Notes: generated from the letters alone by a model not told the origin. Counted from the stretch's first letter, positions 1 to 8,982 are shown. The stretch: 64,000 bases of DNA from Planctomycetota bacterium (GCA_965223845.1 CBDCXR010000004.1:4064001-4128000), one strand, 5' to 3'. Numbers and translations: made by a program.

Positions 1-11
1 AGGTACTCATC

Positions 12-785
12 GTGAATCCACGAAGGATTCTCACCGGCTCGACCTATCTCGTCACGCGTCGCTGCATTCTCCGCCAGTTTCTCCTTCGCCCGGAGGAGAG
101 GGTGAACAAGGCCGTGCTCTACTGTCTCGCCTACGCGGCGAGAGAGACCGGCCTCGCTGTGCATGCGTTTACATGCCTCTCAAATCATTACCACGTCGTG
201 GTGACGGATCCGGAGGATGACATCCCGCGGTTTGCGCACCGCCTCAATTCTCTTCTCGCGCGGTGCCTGAACGCGATGCGGGCTCGGTTCGGATACTTCT
301 TCGACGGCTCAAAGCCCAGCTATGTCCGGGCGATCGAGCCCGTCGACGTCGTCCACCAGCTCGTCTACACCTACTGTAATCCGGTGTCGTCCGGCCTCGT
401 ACCCGAGGCGAAAGAGTGGCCGGGGGTGCGAAGCGAGCCGAGCCAGTTCGGGACCACGATCTACGCAGAAAAGCCGGGCTGGTTCTTCTCCGACGAGATG
501 CCGGAGGAACTTCCGCTCGAGATCACGCCGCCGCCCTGCTTTGCCGAGCGGGATCGCGAAGAGCTCGCCGGAGAGCTCGAACAGAAAGTCGCCGAGCGCG
601 AGGCGGCCACCGCCAGAAGTGTGAGCCGATGCTCTCAGGGGCGGTTCCGGCCGCCCCGTAGGACGGCCAAGCCAGCTCGTTCAGGTCTCGCGCGCGCCAA
701 GATCGGGCGGCTGGGTGGGGAACGACTGCCTTGGGTGCGACGGTTCCGGATTGAGAACTTGGCGTCCCCGGTGAACTTCTATTGA
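12..785 (+). CDS. REP-associated tyrosine transposase (RAYT, Y1_Tnp/HUH family), probably 3'-truncated
   Basis: TYLVTRRC N-terminus, HUH motif (CLSNHYHVV), catalytic-Tyr segment YTYCNPV and GLV...WPG. After about aa 203 the sequence no longer resembles the family and becomes Arg-rich. Confidence 0.85.
   Translation: MNPRRILTGSTYLVTRRCILRQFLLRPEERVNKAVLYCLAYAARETGLAVHAFTCLSNHYHVVVTDPEDDIPRFAHRLNSLLARCLNAMRARFGYFFDGSKPSYVRAIEPVDVVHQLVYTYCNPVSSGLVPEAKEWPGVRSEPSQFGTTIYAEKPGWFFSDEMPEELPLEITPPPCFAERDREELAGELEQKVAEREAATARSVSRCSQGRFRPPRRTAKPARSGLARAKIGRLGGERLPWVRRFRIENLASPVNFY
638..657. repeat. REP-like GC hairpin GGGGCGG-N6-CCGCCCC followed by GTAG
   Basis: Perfect 7-bp inverted repeat just after the point where RAYT similarity appears to end. 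Confidence 0.45.
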
Positions 786-872
786 TTCGGTCGTGACGGG
801 GTGCGATGGAGGCGACGACGGGACGGCGCCGCCTTCGTGAATATAAGTTTTATTGCGTACGCATTTTCAAAT

Positions 873-904
873 GAACCCGGTCAATTCGGACGGGCACCGG
901 GTTC
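873..904. repeat. Inverted repeat GAACCCGGT-N14-ACCGGGTTC between convergent genes
   Basis: Perfect 9-bp arms at 873-881 and 896-904. Could be a REP-like element or a terminator. Confidence 0.5.
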
Positions 905-917
905 CGGGACTCCGCAG

Positions 918-1322
918 TCAGTCACCCCAGAAGCTCGCCTCCTTGCCCCAGACTCTTCCATCCGGTCCGAAAACGATCAAACGCAACCTATAATTACTGG
1001 TGTACCCTGCAGGTCGCGTGTACGCCCACGCGGAATTGCCTCCGTGGCGCAACGCGTACGGATCAACTCGTTCATTCAGGGGCGAACCGAGCAATGCTCG
1101 CACTTCGGCTTTCGACATTCCGATTCGCACGCGCAAGAAATCGTAGTTGGAATATCCCGACGCGTAGACTGTGTCCTCACCGAAAACGAAAATCTGGAAG
1201 GATTCTGAGAGCCCTCCAGGGTTGCGAGATCGCAAAAGAGCGCTGAACATTATCGCAGTCACGACAACTAGAACTAGAACTCGAAGTATTGTCCGCCGAA
1301 ACGTTTTGTTATTTCTGTCCAT
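918..1322 (-). CDS. Membrane-anchored BamE/SmpA-like protein, candidate Rhs immunity protein
   Basis: N-terminal TM helix, then VRIGMSKAEVRALLGSP...WAY...LIVF..GRV pattern. AT-richer DNA, directly downstream of the Rhs gene on the same strand. Confidence 0.7.
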   Translation of the reverse strand: MDRNNKTFRRTILRVLVLVVVTAIMFSALLRSRNPGGLSESFQIFVFGEDTVYASGYSNYDFLRVRIGMSKAEVRALLGSPLNERVDPYALRHGGNSAWAYTRPAGYTSNYRLRLIVFGPDGRVWGKEASFWGD

Positions 1323-1449
1323 AGCAATTTCGTTGGCCGCTTGTGGCGTCCGCCGGGATCCCACAAGCGTGGGGAGCACTTCTGCCGAACGACTCGGAAC
1401 GATTTTCTTACGGCAAGTTCAGCGTTCGACTGTTGCGCAACAATAACCG

Positions 1450-4400
1450 TCATCGGCAGCCTGCTTGACAGCCCGGAAAGTGCTCTCCAGAGCCCTCAGC
1501 TTGGCATTCTGGCGTGCACCACCAAGTCGGCCCCTCGTCCTCGTCCACTTCCTCCTCCGATTTAGGCCGTAGTGTCCACGGATCTACCCACTGCCCCCCC
1601 CAAATCATGCCTACGTCCCCCTGAAACGTAATGCAGTCATAGGAAATCTCGTCGCTTTCGAGACAACCCGTACAACCACCTCGTACTTTGTACCATTGCT
1701 TTGGTTCCGGCGGGGAATATCCGACGTCGTAGAATGCGTCGCAATCTCTACATTCATATGGAAAAAGGTCGACGATTTCAGAGTCTTCCGTCACGATTTG
1801 AACGACAGATTCGGTACAATTGCAACAGTTGCCAATGGCTGAATTCGTCGCGACCTCGCAACAGCGGTGGAATCTGTAAAATGTTGAATTCGTTTCGAAA
1901 TCCCACGGGACTGGCTCTATCCGAGGACCGGTGTAGCCCTCACCTTCGTAGGCTGCAAGTATTGGCGAACTTTCCGGTTCGACAACTGACCTCGGATCGC
2001 CCGCTCGGTAGACGTAAAGATTGCCCGCATCAAGATTGCCCGCATCGCCCTGGCCGATCGAATCTCGAGTCAAGAACCGCCCGAACTCCGGATCTTGCCA
2101 CCGCGCCCGGAAATCGAAAAACCCAACGTCGTTGTGAAATTGGCGACCACTGAACAAATGCCGATCTGTGCTCAGCGTGGCCGAGCTCCAATTCAGGTCA
2201 AACTGCTGCGGTTCACCGTAACCGTCGTACACCTGCCGCGCATTCACCGAGTTGCTCGAGTCGAACCGAGTGACCACGTTAAAGTTACGATCCGCCGCCT
2301 GGAACTCCCAGTAGCTCGTCCCCGTGCCTGTGCCACGCATCGTGACTTCATCGACATACTGAGTTCCCCAAGTGGTCCATGCAATAAGAGAATCATCCGA
2401 ATCGTCAACTTCCTCGACCACCTGACTCTCGAGTGAGAAGTAGTACTTGGTATCCGCAAGAGTCGGAGAATCCGTGCGCCGAACCTTCTGCCCGAGCCCG
2501 TTGTACTCGATCGTCGCAATAACGACGGGGGTACCCGTCGCATCCTCGACCTCAACAAGGCGCCCCCACGCGTCGTAGGTGAGATTCTTGACGTCACCCA
2601 CATCCCGCTGAGTGAGCGACCCGTTGGCACCATATCCTTGAGTCACGCTGTCGATCGTCGCGTACTCGTTCGAGACGTTCGGCGCGGGATCCACACTGTC
2701 AGGACACACACTCGTCAGATGCGTACCATCCTCGTAAAGGTCCCAATTCCCCGCGTGACTGAGCGTCCAGCACTCGGTGTGCTCGTAGTCGTACATGTAG
2801 GTGCCGTACCGACCCCGCTTCCGATCCGTGAGCCTGCCCAGGTCATCGTAATCATAGGATTCGTTGAATATGTAATAGCCACTAACATTCCCGACCTCAT
2901 CCTCACGAAGCGTCACTTGCCCCCGGGCATTGTATGTATACACATAGTGATTAATCAGAGTATCCGGATTCGTCGAAGTGTCCTTAACCTTCAAATCATC
3001 GATCCGCCCAAACCGATCCAGCCCCAGATAATCGTCGTTGTTGTCCGAATCCGTACCAACGAGCGTCCAGATCACGTCCGACGACCCATACTCCCGCTCG
3101 ACAAGCCGCCCCATCCCCAGATACTCGTCCTGAAAGATCCAATTCGTCCCCTGCTTCCGTCCGCTCAACCGGCTGATCGTGTCGTCCGTGCCGGAGTCGT
3201 AAACCTCCGTAACGACCGTCCCCCCGGGGTAAGTGAACGACGTCCGCCGAAGCCCTGTCGTCCCGTCGGTCGGAAAGCTGTACGCGTAGTCGACGGACTC
3301 CGAACTACCGGTGACCGCCCCATCCCACTCCTGGAAGATCTCCTCAACGACACCGAACTTCCCGTACTCGTACTCGACCTCGTTGACCACGTTCCCGAAC
3401 CCAACCAAGTGGCTGTCGTACGTCGTGATGTGCGTCGGCCGATCGAGCTTATCGTAGACGATCGCGACCCGCCGCACCGCCCCGTCGATCCCAGTTCCGA
3501 GCACCCCCGCGATGTCGTGCTCCATGCGCCCGCGTCCATCGTAGCGGTAAGCGTGAACTGTGTCGTTCTGATCCTCCGTCCAGATCACGTCACCCTGCGC
3601 GTTGTACGCATAGTCCGTCTCGTCAGTATCACCCACCCCCGCCGGATGCTTCACCGTCTTCACGAGATCATTTGACGCGAGCCGCGAGTCGGGAGTCGAG
3701 CCGATGACAACGCCGTAGACGTACTCGGTCACTTGATCCGAGCTACCGGCCGGAGCCTTCAGCGTGATCTTGTGAAGCTGCCCGTCGGCGTTGTAGGTGC
3801 GCTCGACCGTGCGGTCGTTGTCCGTCCCGGGCGTGCCGTCGACGTAATTGTCGATCGTCTTGTGGACAGCACCCCAGTCCTTGTACTCGGTGCGCTGATC
3901 GATGCCCGCGGGGTCGGTCATCGTCTCGGCCTGGCTCTTGATCGTGTACGCCCACTCGGTGAGGAGCTTCGTGCTCGACGAAGAGGGGACACCACTCGGA
4001 CGGGTCGTGAGATCCGTGCCGCCGTTTGTACCGTAGTTGATCGTAGCTACTCGGCGATGCAGCTCATCGTACCAAATGCCGGTGTACTGGGCGCGTCCGT
4101 TTCCACTTGATCCGACCGTGAGCGCGCCGGTACCCGTGGCGTCGTGGTTGCGTTCGTAGGTGCCGATGAGAACCGGCGTGCCCCCGTCGTCGTACTCGGT
4201 GCGAGTCTCCGTCACTACGGTGTCGCCGGAGATCGTCAGAGCGTCCGCGTACGAGGATTCATCCGTGTCGTAGCCGACGGACTTCCGCGTCGCTCTTCCG
4301 GCGCCGTCATACTCCGTCTTGTTGAAGACTTTGCCCTGGCTGAGCGACTTGACCTCCAACCCCCGCTTGTCGCGCCAGGTCTCGACGTTCGTGTAGTCGG

Positions 4401-7287
4401 TACCGCTACCGCTCACGATGCCGTACGTGCGCGTCTCGTACGCCTGTCCCCACGCGTCGTAATAGCTCTTTGTCTTCGCAAGAAGAGTCGGCGATCCTCC
4501 ACTGTCGTCGTAACGCCGGTCTTCGGTGACGCGGCCGAGGTTGTCGTAATCCCGCTCGACCTTCACATCCTCGGGTTCGTAGATGTCCGTCGCGCGCCCG
4601 CGATAGTCGTAGGTCGTGTCCGTCTCGCGGTCATCGCTCGTCGAGTGGTTCGTGTCGAGCTTCCGGCGAGTGAGAAACCCATCGCCGACGTTTGTCGAAG
4701 TGTCTTCTTCGTCATCGTAGAAGAGCTCCTCGACGAGCGTCATGTTGTCGCTCCCGCCGCCGTCGATCGTGCCGACCTTGCGGGTTTTCATGCGCCCGAG
4801 CACGTCGTACGAGTACCGCGTGATCGTCCCAGCCGGCGTTTTCGTCGTCTCGAGGCGTCCGGAGGAGTCGTACGTCGAAATCGTCTCGTGCTTGTCTGCC
4901 GTCGAGAGATCGGCGTCGCTCCAGACAGACGCCTTCGTCTGGCGACCGCCCGTGTACTCGAACTCTGTACGCTGGACGATGTCCCCGTTGAACCCGTCTT
5001 CGAGAGTCGCCTCGGTCTCGTCGAAGTCGTTCGGGAGATACGTTCCGCGCGTGGCCGACGCAAGCTCGCCCTTCGCCTGGGTCACGACATCGCCGTGGTG
5101 ATCCAGAACGGTAAGGTCGATCGCAGCGTGGTAGTACGCAGAACCGACGTGCGGGTACTCCATGAGAACAAGCTCATCTCCGGAGAGCTTCGAGTAGTAC
5201 CATCGCTTTGTCGTCTCGTAGGACACGATCGACGTCCCGTTGTAGGCGTCGAACGCCGGCGCGATGTGCTTCGTCCGCCGAGCGAGCTCGTCGTACTCCC
5301 ACTCGTCAACGAGATTGAGGCCGCTCGTCGTCGCGAACACCGTGTCAGGTGCAGCGGGGACCCCGGTCGGGCGATTCGAGTTGTCGAGATCGACGACGCG
5401 AGTGGTAGCCACCCGGAGATCCGCGTCGTAGCCGGTGTAAGTGACGTAGCCTTCGCCATCCTTCGTCCACGTCTGGAGGCCGTCGTCCTCCAAATACGCG
5501 TACAGCGAGACGGCCGAGTTCGGCCCGTTCTGAGCCGTCGTCACGGTCGGAAGCGTCGTCGTCCGTTTCTTCACCGCAAGCGCATCGGTGTGATACGTGT
5601 ACGCGAAAGTCGTCTCGTTCGATCCCGTGTCCGTCGTCGTCTCCGTCGGATAGACCTTGTCCGACGTCTTCACGTACCGCCGCCGGCTCCCGGAGGTCTT
5701 GAAGGTGAACGCCTTCTTTCGCTGATAGTTCCAGTTCCCGTTCCCGGGATCGCGAAGCTTGACCGTGCTCAGCGCATTGTCCGAGTCGTAGGTGTACTGG
5801 TAGCGCATCCCGTCCGTCGTGTTCGTCGTCACCACGTGAGTCGACGAGTTGTAGCTGTCACACGCCGCCACCGAGTAGCTGTCGGTGAGGCGGCCGGTCG
5901 TGTCGTGACGGAACGTCGTGATCCACCGCCGGGAGCTCGAGTTCGATTCGTCTTCCTGGAGAATCGAGTTCAGGGTCTGCCCGTACTTGTTGTAGTCGAT
6001 GATCCTCCGCGCGTCGTTTGGGAGGACGATCTCGACCTTTCGGTACCACGTGTTGAGATCGGACGGCGTCGAGCCGTTCTGCGCCCAAGAGTACGCGAAC
6101 GCTCCGGACCCACTCCCGCAGCCGCAATCGTCGTTGAGCGTGAGATCCCGAAGCCGGCGGTCCGAGTTGTATTCGTACTCGCGAGTGAGGTAACCCGAGA
6201 GCTGGGACACGGTCCGCGTGTAGATGTCGAGCGTCGGATTGTCGTCGTCGAACGCCTTGACGTCGCCCGGCTCGATCACCGCCGCGATTTGGTACGGATT
6301 GCCCGGGTTCGTGGTCGAGTTGTAGGTCCCCGTGTAGTACTTGAAGACCCACTTCCGGGTGTAGTCCTCTCCCGAGTCGGAGAGATCGCGCGTGTCCTCG
6401 ATGCCGATGAGGTCGCCGGTCGAGCTCCCCGCGGCACTCGTCACCTGCTCGTGATAGGTGAATTCGATCGTTCGGTAGACGACCCAGCTCGTGCTCGGCT
6501 TGTGTGCGACCTCGATTTTGTCGACTCGCTTGCCGCTCCCGTGGTCGGTGAGGGTGTAGGTCCACTTTCGGACCTCGGTACTCGAGTCCGATTTCTGGAT
6601 CACCGTGATCGCCGACGAGGTGTAGGAGATCGTAATCTCGGCGGAACCGATACCCTCGATCTTCGTGCAGCGCTTCGTCGACCCAGTCTCGTTGAACGTG
6701 TAGGTCTTTCCGCCGATGTCGTAGACGTAAACCCAGTTCCCGCTCACGTAGAGCTTCGACTTCGCATTCCCGTTCCGCCCCCAAAACGTGTACGAGTCCG
6801 ACTGATCCTGATCGTAGACCCGGTACGTATTCGCGTCGAAGCGGACGATCCACTGCTGGTTCTGGTAGGAGTCGTCCATTACATACGGAATCTTCGGAAA
6901 CCAGTTGTTCCCGATCATCCGCGTCGTCCCGTTGTTCGTGTAATCCGTCCCGTTCTTGTACCGAGTCCGGTACGTCGGCGACGGATCCCACTCAAGCCCT
7001 CCCGGCCCCTCCTGCCCGCCGAGACGCGGCGCGACGTTGTCGAACCCGCCGCTCCCGTCGACGGGCTCCGTCCAGCGGTCCTTCGACGGCTCGGCGTCGA
7101 GTCCCGGGAAGCCCTCCATGAGCGTGGTGGTGAGATCGTCTCCTCCGGTCTCCCCCAGGATCCGCCACGCGTGGAGCGGCATGAATTCGTAATCGTCCTC
7201 TTGAGCGAGGGCTGACAGCGGTGCAGCGAAGAGAGCAACAATGAACAGGAAGTTGCGGCGGTAAGTGCGCGTAGAGCTCATGTCCAT
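1450..7287 (-). CDS. Secreted Rhs/YD-repeat protein with Cys-rich C-terminal domain
   Basis: Sec signal (RRNFLFIVALFAAPLSALA-Q), many YD..GR repeats, Rhs core end (YDGYGE...FSGRQF...GFFDFRARWQDPEFGRFLTRDSIG...NLYVY), variable tip. Confidence 0.93.
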   Translation of the reverse strand: MDMSSTRTYRRNFLFIVALFAAPLSALAQEDDYEFMPLHAWRILGETGGDDLTTTLMEGFPGLDAEPSKDRWTEPVDGSGGFDNVAPRLGGQEGPGGLEWDPSPTYRTRYKNGTDYTNNGTTRMIGNNWFPKIPYVMDDSYQNQQWIVRFDANTYRVYDQDQSDSYTFWGRNGNAKSKLYVSGNWVYVYDIGGKTYTFNETGSTKRCTKIEGIGSAEITISYTSSAITVIQKSDSSTEVRKWTYTLTDHGSGKRVDKIEVAHKPSTSWVVYRTIEFTYHEQVTSAAGSSTGDLIGIEDTRDLSDSGEDYTRKWVFKYYTGTYNSTTNPGNPYQIAAVIEPGDVKAFDDDNPTLDIYTRTVSQLSGYLTREYEYNSDRRLRDLTLNDDCGCGSGSGAFAYSWAQNGSTPSDLNTWYRKVEIVLPNDARRIIDYNKYGQTLNSILQEDESNSSSRRWITTFRHDTTGRLTDSYSVAACDSYNSSTHVVTTNTTDGMRYQYTYDSDNALSTVKLRDPGNGNWNYQRKKAFTFKTSGSRRRYVKTSDKVYPTETTTDTGSNETTFAYTYHTDALAVKKRTTTLPTVTTAQNGPNSAVSLYAYLEDDGLQTWTKDGEGYVTYTGYDADLRVATTRVVDLDNSNRPTGVPAAPDTVFATTSGLNLVDEWEYDELARRTKHIAPAFDAYNGTSIVSYETTKRWYYSKLSGDELVLMEYPHVGSAYYHAAIDLTVLDHHGDVVTQAKGELASATRGTYLPNDFDETEATLEDGFNGDIVQRTEFEYTGGRQTKASVWSDADLSTADKHETISTYDSSGRLETTKTPAGTITRYSYDVLGRMKTRKVGTIDGGGSDNMTLVEELFYDDEEDTSTNVGDGFLTRRKLDTNHSTSDDRETDTTYDYRGRATDIYEPEDVKVERDYDNLGRVTEDRRYDDSGGSPTLLAKTKSYYDAWGQAYETRTYGIVSGSGTDYTNVETWRDKRGLEVKSLSQGKVFNKTEYDGAGRATRKSVGYDTDESSYADALTISGDTVVTETRTEYDDGGTPVLIGTYERNHDATGTGALTVGSSGNGRAQYTGIWYDELHRRVATINYGTNGGTDLTTRPSGVPSSSSTKLLTEWAYTIKSQAETMTDPAGIDQRTEYKDWGAVHKTIDNYVDGTPGTDNDRTVERTYNADGQLHKITLKAPAGSSDQVTEYVYGVVIGSTPDSRLASNDLVKTVKHPAGVGDTDETDYAYNAQGDVIWTEDQNDTVHAYRYDGRGRMEHDIAGVLGTGIDGAVRRVAIVYDKLDRPTHITTYDSHLVGFGNVVNEVEYEYGKFGVVEEIFQEWDGAVTGSSESVDYAYSFPTDGTTGLRRTSFTYPGGTVVTEVYDSGTDDTISRLSGRKQGTNWIFQDEYLGMGRLVEREYGSSDVIWTLVGTDSDNNDDYLGLDRFGRIDDLKVKDTSTNPDTLINHYVYTYNARGQVTLREDEVGNVSGYYIFNESYDYDDLGRLTDRKRGRYGTYMYDYEHTECWTLSHAGNWDLYEDGTHLTSVCPDSVDPAPNVSNEYATIDSVTQGYGANGSLTQRDVGDVKNLTYDAWGRLVEVEDATGTPVVIATIEYNGLGQKVRRTDSPTLADTKYYFSLESQVVEEVDDSDDSLIAWTTWGTQYVDEVTMRGTGTGTSYWEFQAADRNFNVVTRFDSSNSVNARQVYDGYGEPQQFDLNWSSATLSTDRHLFSGRQFHNDVGFFDFRARWQDPEFGRFLTRDSIGQGDAGNLDAGNLYVYRAGDPRSVVEPESSPILAAYEGEGYTGPRIEPVPWDFETNSTFYRFHRCCEVATNSAIGNCCNCTESVVQIVTEDSEIVDLFPYECRDCDAFYDVGYSPPEPKQWYKVRGGCTGCLESDEISYDCITFQGDVGMIWGGQWVDPWTLRPKSEEEVDEDEGPTWWCTPECQAEGSGEHFPGCQAGCR
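2017..2046. repeat. Perfect 15-bp tandem duplication (AAGATTGCCCGCATC x2) encoding DAGNL-DAGNL
   Basis: Read directly at 2017-2031 and 2032-2046. Confidence 0.95.
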
Positions 7288-7455
7288 CCCCCAAAACTGT
7301 GTGGATCACAGAACGGCTGCGATACCAGTGCCCGGTCGGTCGAGTCGGCCGCGTCTTTGGACGAGCCCGGTTCTCAGACCGAATGGTCCCCAGGGCACAC
7401 CTCGAACACCGTGGCGACGGGGAACCCTCCCGCGTCACCACACTACGGACCGAGC

Positions 7456-8289
7456 TCAACGTGGGAGCACTGCCTCGGCCGCGACGGCTGCCCCGCTCGC
7501 GGCACCTTCGAATTCTTTGAGGAACCGGACCCACTGCGCCGCTCGCGCGACGTCTCCCTTGGCCACGAGGTCCTCGACGGGTTTCGGATCCCGTAAGAGC
7601 ACCGAGTAGACGGGACTCGGCGGCCCCTTCAGTCGATGATTTCGCCTCAGCCGCCCGAGGAGCGCGACGAGATCGTCACACGTAAACGTGTCTCCGAGCG
7701 CACCGAGGAACTTTCCGTTCGCGCCCCGCACGATGACCTTGAGGTCGGTGCGGCGGCGGAGCGTCGACGGCTGTGCGGCTTCGTCCTCGGGGCTGATGAG
7801 CGCTCCGACGAAGAAGCCTGCCATTTGATCCTCAACTTCGAACGTCGACAGACAAGCCTCGAGCTCGCGCTGGTTGATGTCCTCGTCGACGAACATCTGA
7901 ACGAGGGGACGACCCGAGAAAGCACAGCGCTCGGCGCCGAGCGCGGCTCCCCACTGAAACGGCAGAAGGAGCTCCTCTCCCTCGCCCGCGGCGTCCGCGG
8001 GTGCTTCGGCTTCCTGCGGCTCCGGTGCCGCCTTTGCCTTGCCGGGCGTTGCCGGCGCGGCCGCTTTCGCCGGATCCGCTTTCGCGACCTTCGCCGGTTC
8101 TGGCTCCGCGGCCGTCGCCTTCGCCTTCTTCGGGTCGGCGTCGTTCGCCGACTCCGGCTCGGCCGCGGCGAGAATCGGAGTCGCCCCGGTCTCCCGATCT
8201 CCACTGCCGAGGAAGATCACCGCCCCGATCGCCAATACCAGAACCCCCGATGCGGCGGCACTGATGCCGCGCTTAGCTCTTGGACTCAT
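7456..8289 (-). CDS. Membrane-anchored protein with Ala/Pro/Lys linker and thioredoxin-like domain lacking CXXC
   Basis: N-terminal TM, low-complexity linker, W..ALGAERCAFSGRPLVQMF segment resembling the start of a thioredoxin-like fold. GGGGAG RBS upstream; same strand as and upstream of rhs. Confidence 0.6.
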   Translation of the reverse strand: MSPRAKRGISAAASGVLVLAIGAVIFLGSGDRETGATPILAAAEPESANDADPKKAKATAAEPEPAKVAKADPAKAAAPATPGKAKAAPEPQEAEAPADAAGEGEELLLPFQWGAALGAERCAFSGRPLVQMFVDEDINQRELEACLSTFEVEDQMAGFFVGALISPEDEAAQPSTLRRRTDLKVIVRGANGKFLGALGDTFTCDDLVALLGRLRRNHRLKGPPSPVYSVLLRDPKPVEDLVAKGDVARAAQWVRFLKEFEGAASGAAVAAEAVLPR

Positions 8290-8982
8290 CGTGAACTCCC
8301 CACGAGTACGTGATCCAAGTGCGAGTGAGTCGATCGTATCGATCGCTCAGACGCCGCCGAGACCCTCAGCGAGCGTCGCCGCCCCGCCTCGCACGAATTC
8401 GACTTGGTCCGAAAGACACTCTATCTTTCGCGGTCGAGATCGAGCCCCCTCCCAGACGGATCACCGTCCGGATTTCGACGCAACCCCGATCCGGCGTTCT
8501 GTTTTTCCCCTCGCGTCTCGCTCATCCGAAAAACGAATCCCGGATGGTTGCGAAACTCGAAAACAAGAATGCCCGTGTCGTCTTCGCGCCCTCGTCTCCC
8601 TTGTGTATTCATCCGAGAAGACCGCACGGGCTAAGTGTCAAAAAGAATCTCCTAGTTTTTTGTTCGCACGAAAATCTGACTGATCGGAGTGGTAGTTGCA
8701 TCGGTTGACGTTCAATTCGAGCAAGTGAAACTGCGTGATCGAACGGGGCAAACCGCAAGGCGCGCCCGAAAAGCGCAGAAGATGAGAACTTAACGGGATG
8801 CATCGAGCGCCCATGCGATGTGACGTCGGTTGGCACCGACGCACGGGACGGCCCCGCTCTCGCGCGTGACCGATCCGCCCTGACCCCACGAGCCCGCCGT
8901 CTCCCGTTGCCCGAACGGGAACGCGTGCGGGCACGTGTACAGCCAAAGACGGCAAAGAGCCTCGACCAGCCGTAAACCCGAG

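Noticed and set aside
4144-7215. 1023-aa plus-strand ORF and other long antisense ORFs (e.g. 24201-26651, 44179-46245, 50628-52769, 59039-61633)
   Set aside because: Shadows of real genes caused by high-GC codon bias; R/V-rich with no motifs.
8744-8790. GGGCAAACC-GCAA-GG resembling the start of a c-di-GMP-I riboswitch
   Set aside because: Only a 2-bp stem, no GACGCAAAG/P3 element, and no downstream plus-strand gene.
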